Below, piece after piece: positions 8,981-11,213 of a stretch of 11,213 bases of DNA (within the stretch, counting starts at the first letter, position 1; the number at the start of each line of letters is the position of its first letter). The notes under the pieces were generated by a model that did no database searches, had not been told where the DNA came from, and worked only from the letters and a program-made list of their open reading frames with translations. The stretch spans positions 1-11,213 of the forward strand of contig JBHGNT010001179.1 in NCBI GenBank assembly GCA_043228905.1. The letters run 5' to 3'. The stretch comes from Azolla caroliniana (taxonomy: Eukaryota; Plantae; Polypodiophyta). Both the position numbers and the translations under genes were made by a program.

Positions 8981-9453
8981 TTAGTTTTGTGTGAGCATCC
9001 TGGCTCACTAAATGTGATTGTGCGATTGCACCAATCCACTATTGGATTGTGCGCCTCCAATCACGTTAATCTTAAGACGATCGGATGTCGAGGAGATGCG
9101 ATGAGGTAAAAGGTGAGCTCCTCTTTGTGTGAGCCCACACGAAGCCCTATTGGGATCGTACTTTGAGTAATTGCTCCTCACCAGAGGACGCGCCCATTGA
9201 TGGCTTCAACAGGAATGGGTTTTGAGAGGCAAACAACTAGTACGCCATGTGCTCGGGCGAACGCGGCATCGATGAAGCAAGACAACGCACCAAAATCAAG
9301 TAAAGCGACAGACTGCATGGAACTGGAGTTAAAAGAAAGCCATACCTCCAATGTGGAATTGCATGATGGTTTGGTAATGGAACCAAGAGAATGTGGGTGA
9401 CATGAGACGTTGACTTGCATGGCTCCTACTGCAACCGAACAATGTCGTTTTCC
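8981..9453 (-). pseudogene. Gypsy pol N-terminus: retropepsin-like aspartic protease
   Basis: GKRHCSVAVGAMQV...VALLDFGALSCFIDAAFARAHG (consensus LLDSGAxxxFID)...PIPVEAINGR...FYLIASPRHPIVLRLT*LEAHNPIVDWCNRTITF (consensus ILGxxWLxxHNPxIDW). Confidence 0.9.
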
Positions 9454-10424
9454 GGATGTTGGGGTCTGTTAGCTCGATGGAATTGTGGGCAATTAGTCCT
9501 AGGAAAATGACCTGAGGCACCACAATACATGCACAAGCCATTAGCCCGCCGATGTTGTCGTTCAACATCAGTCAATGGCTGAAATCAGGCTTGATCAATT
9601 ACATGGGGATTGGAGCATCTACCAAAGTAGGGGAGTGTGGCGTAGCCGATAGGAATGATACTTGGGGATGTACTACCAGGGCATGTTGTGGATGTGAATG
9701 AGACCCCCAAGTCCCGTGCTCTTCTTGGCGAAATTCAAAAAGACGATTGTCACAATGGACTGCTTGTGAGATCACTTGGGATAATGAGGTGGACTCAGGA
9801 AAGTCAAGAGAAGATTCTTGACATTGCTCCGAAGGCCCCATCAAAAATGATCAACTAAGGCTTGATCACTCCAGTTGACGTCACATGGTAGTAGTCGAAA
9901 TTCTGAAGGATAGAGAGAAGTTGCACGCGAACATTGTTTGAGGGCACAAATCTTGTTGAGAGCTATACATCGTTGGTTAGGCTCTCCAAATGTGGCCTCC
10001 AACTCAGCGAGGAAGGCAGGAAAGTCATCCAATAGAGGTGAAGACGTTTCTACTAATGGTGCAAACCAAGCTTGGGCCGGACCAGAGAGGGGGGTGCGTC
10101 GAAGATCATCTACATACCGTTGAGGTTGTAGCTAAATGATAAGACGAATCTGATTGATGAACCCCCGAAAACGTGACCGCGTTCATCAAATGTTTTTGGG
10201 AGGCTAACCTTAGGCCCAAGAAAATGAGAAGAATCTAGGCTAGATGTTGGTGGAAGGTTGGGCTCTAGGCAAGGTTGCGGTGGGAGACTAGGCTCTATGG
10301 GCTATGAGTATAGCGAGGCACTTACTTGAAGTTGCCGTAAAGAATCTGGAAGAGCTAAATTTTCAAACTACAGTTGTGTTAAGGATGTCATTATTTGGCT
10401 TAAGTCAATGGCTAGGTCGGACAT
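9426..10424 (-). pseudogene. Gypsy gag (Retrotrans_gag/PEG10-like capsid plus CCHC knuckle) with stops and frameshifts
   Basis: ATG at 10424; PKVSLPKTFD...FRGFINQIRL...LSGPAQAWFAPLVE...DDFPAFLAELEATFG...LKQ...YPSEFRLL...W...WGL...AVHCDNRL; knuckle CMYCGASGHFPRTNC (9489-9533); ends PENDIVRLQ* (TAG at 9426-9428). Confidence 0.9.
9447..9453 (-). promoter_or_regulatory. Putative -1 ribosomal frameshift site G_GAA_AAC between gag and pol
   Basis: Gag frame CCG GAA AAC GAC (PEND) overlaps the -1 frame GGA AAA CGA (GKR), which runs open into the protease. Confidence 0.7.
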
Positions 10425-10460
10425 AGCTACGACTAATGAGAGGGAGAGCTACGAGGATGG

Positions 10461-10471
10461 AAGGTGAACAA
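10461..10471 (-). promoter_or_regulatory. Self-priming primer-binding site TTGTTCACCTT
   Basis: It lies 2 nt inside the LTR end, lacks the TGG start of a tRNA PBS, and is the exact complement of AAGGTGAACAA at 10572-10562 (-) in the LTR. Confidence 0.85.
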
Positions 10472-10473
10472 AC

Positions 10474-10776
10474 TGTCACGGATAGATCATAAGCTCAAGA
10501 GACTAGAAAGAAGATAACCAAATGGTTGAGTGGTATTAACTGAAAGAATCCATAACTGGTGTTGTTCACCTTGAATTCCTTCAAGGTGAAAACTATTTAT
10601 ACTACGTGGCATGCATACATGTTGCACACATGTGAATCTACAATAAAGCATGTAGGTACGCATGCATGTGCCAAGTGTAAATAATTCAAGCGAGCAACTA
10701 CATGATGCTAGCTAAAAACTACAAGAAGCAATTATACACATGATTGTATACTAGATATGTTGGTTAACCCATAACA
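10474..10776 (-). repeat. 5' LTR of the Gypsy element (~303 bp)
   Basis: Minus-strand termini TGTTATGGGT...ATCCGTGACA (TG..CA; inverted termini differ only by transitions). TATAAATA lies at 10601-10594. Confidence 0.8.
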
Positions 10777-11053
10777 CTTGATTATAACATGGTCATGTCA
10801 AGAGTTTGAGTCTTGACACCTAGTACGTAGGCATAATTTTATTCTTCTCTTCTATTTCATTACACAGAGAGAACCTCTCTCATCTGTTTTATTCTTCTCT
10901 TACAACTACTCTCTCTCTCTCTCTCTTACTACTTTTTTACCTAAGTTATAAGTGACTTACATATTTAGCTAATTAGCTTTGACTAGCTAAATAGTTGTTT
11001 CACCTACATGCCTAATAAGCATCACATGCTTTTGTTGAGCTTGTTTCTCAATA
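10777..11053 (-). repeat. Partial 3' LTR of a second Ty1/Copia element, interrupted by the Gypsy element
   Basis: It begins TATTGAGAAAC (probably decayed TGTTG) right after a PPT-like tract, and contains TATAA near 10945-10949 followed on - by a (GA)n tract (10909-10926). Confidence 0.6.
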
Positions 11054-11066
11054 CCGCTCCTCAAGC
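11054..11066 (-). promoter_or_regulatory. Copia polypurine tract (degenerate)
   Basis: GCTTGAGGAGCGG just downstream of the pol stop resembles the Copia TTGAGGGGG PPT. Confidence 0.6.
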
Positions 11067-11071
11067 TTAAC

Positions 11072-11212
11072 TTATCCTTTCTTTAGATCATCTTCAGTCT
11101 TCTTTCCTTCATGCTTTTCAGCTATCATACCAATGGTTATAACTCCAATCATGTCCCTGAACTGTGTATGTTTTTCTATGCTTAGTTCCTTCATAAGAAT
11201 ATCAGCCACTTG
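11072..11212 (-). pseudogene. C-terminus of Ty1/Copia RNase H (pol), running off the window edge
   Basis: QVADILMKELSIEKHTQFRDMIGVITIG...KKG* matches the Copia QxADIxTKxLxxxxxxxxRxxxG motif. Confidence 0.88.
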
Positions 11213-11213
11213 C

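Larger units (their letters stand above)
8981..10776 (-). mobile_element. 3'-truncated Ty3/Gypsy LTR retrotransposon (Tf1/sushi/Tcn1-like chromovirus type)
   Basis: LTR, self-priming PBS, gag, frameshift site and protease occur in order on the minus strand. RT, RNase H, integrase and the second LTR are absent. Confidence 0.9.

Noticed and set aside
10781-10818. Alternative Gypsy LTR start at 10789 and small hairpin TGTCAAGA-N7-TCTTGACA (10796-10818)
   Set aside because: The terminus at 10776 matches the other LTR end better; the 8-bp hairpin has no supporting context.

Overview
Eukaryotic, transposon-dense DNA with no intact host gene; the element types suggest a non-seed plant such as a bryophyte (inference). 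Left to right: (1) a decayed Ty1/Copia gag-protease-GAG-pre-integrase region on + (1-862, resuming at 4037-4357). (2) It is interrupted by a 3174-bp TIR DNA transposon (863-4036) with a 4-bp TTGA target duplication and a transposase-like C-terminal remnant, possibly Sola-type. (3) Inside that lies a ~1.6-kb foldback palindrome (1778-3394) built from ~15 smaller palindromic units. (4) A 4.6-kb segment (4358-8980) is bounded by two arrays of the palindrome TAGCTAATTAGCTA and carries two convergent spliced pseudogenes: an FCP1/NIF phosphatase-like gene (+) and a Cys/His-rich, Sola2-like transposase fragment (-). (5) The 5' part of a Ty3/Gypsy element lies on - (LTR 10474-10776, gag, -1 frameshift, protease), with a Tf1-type self-priming PBS. 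(6) That element abuts the 3' LTR of a second Copia on - (RNase H end, PPT). Family assignments come from motifs recognised by eye and need HMM confirmation.
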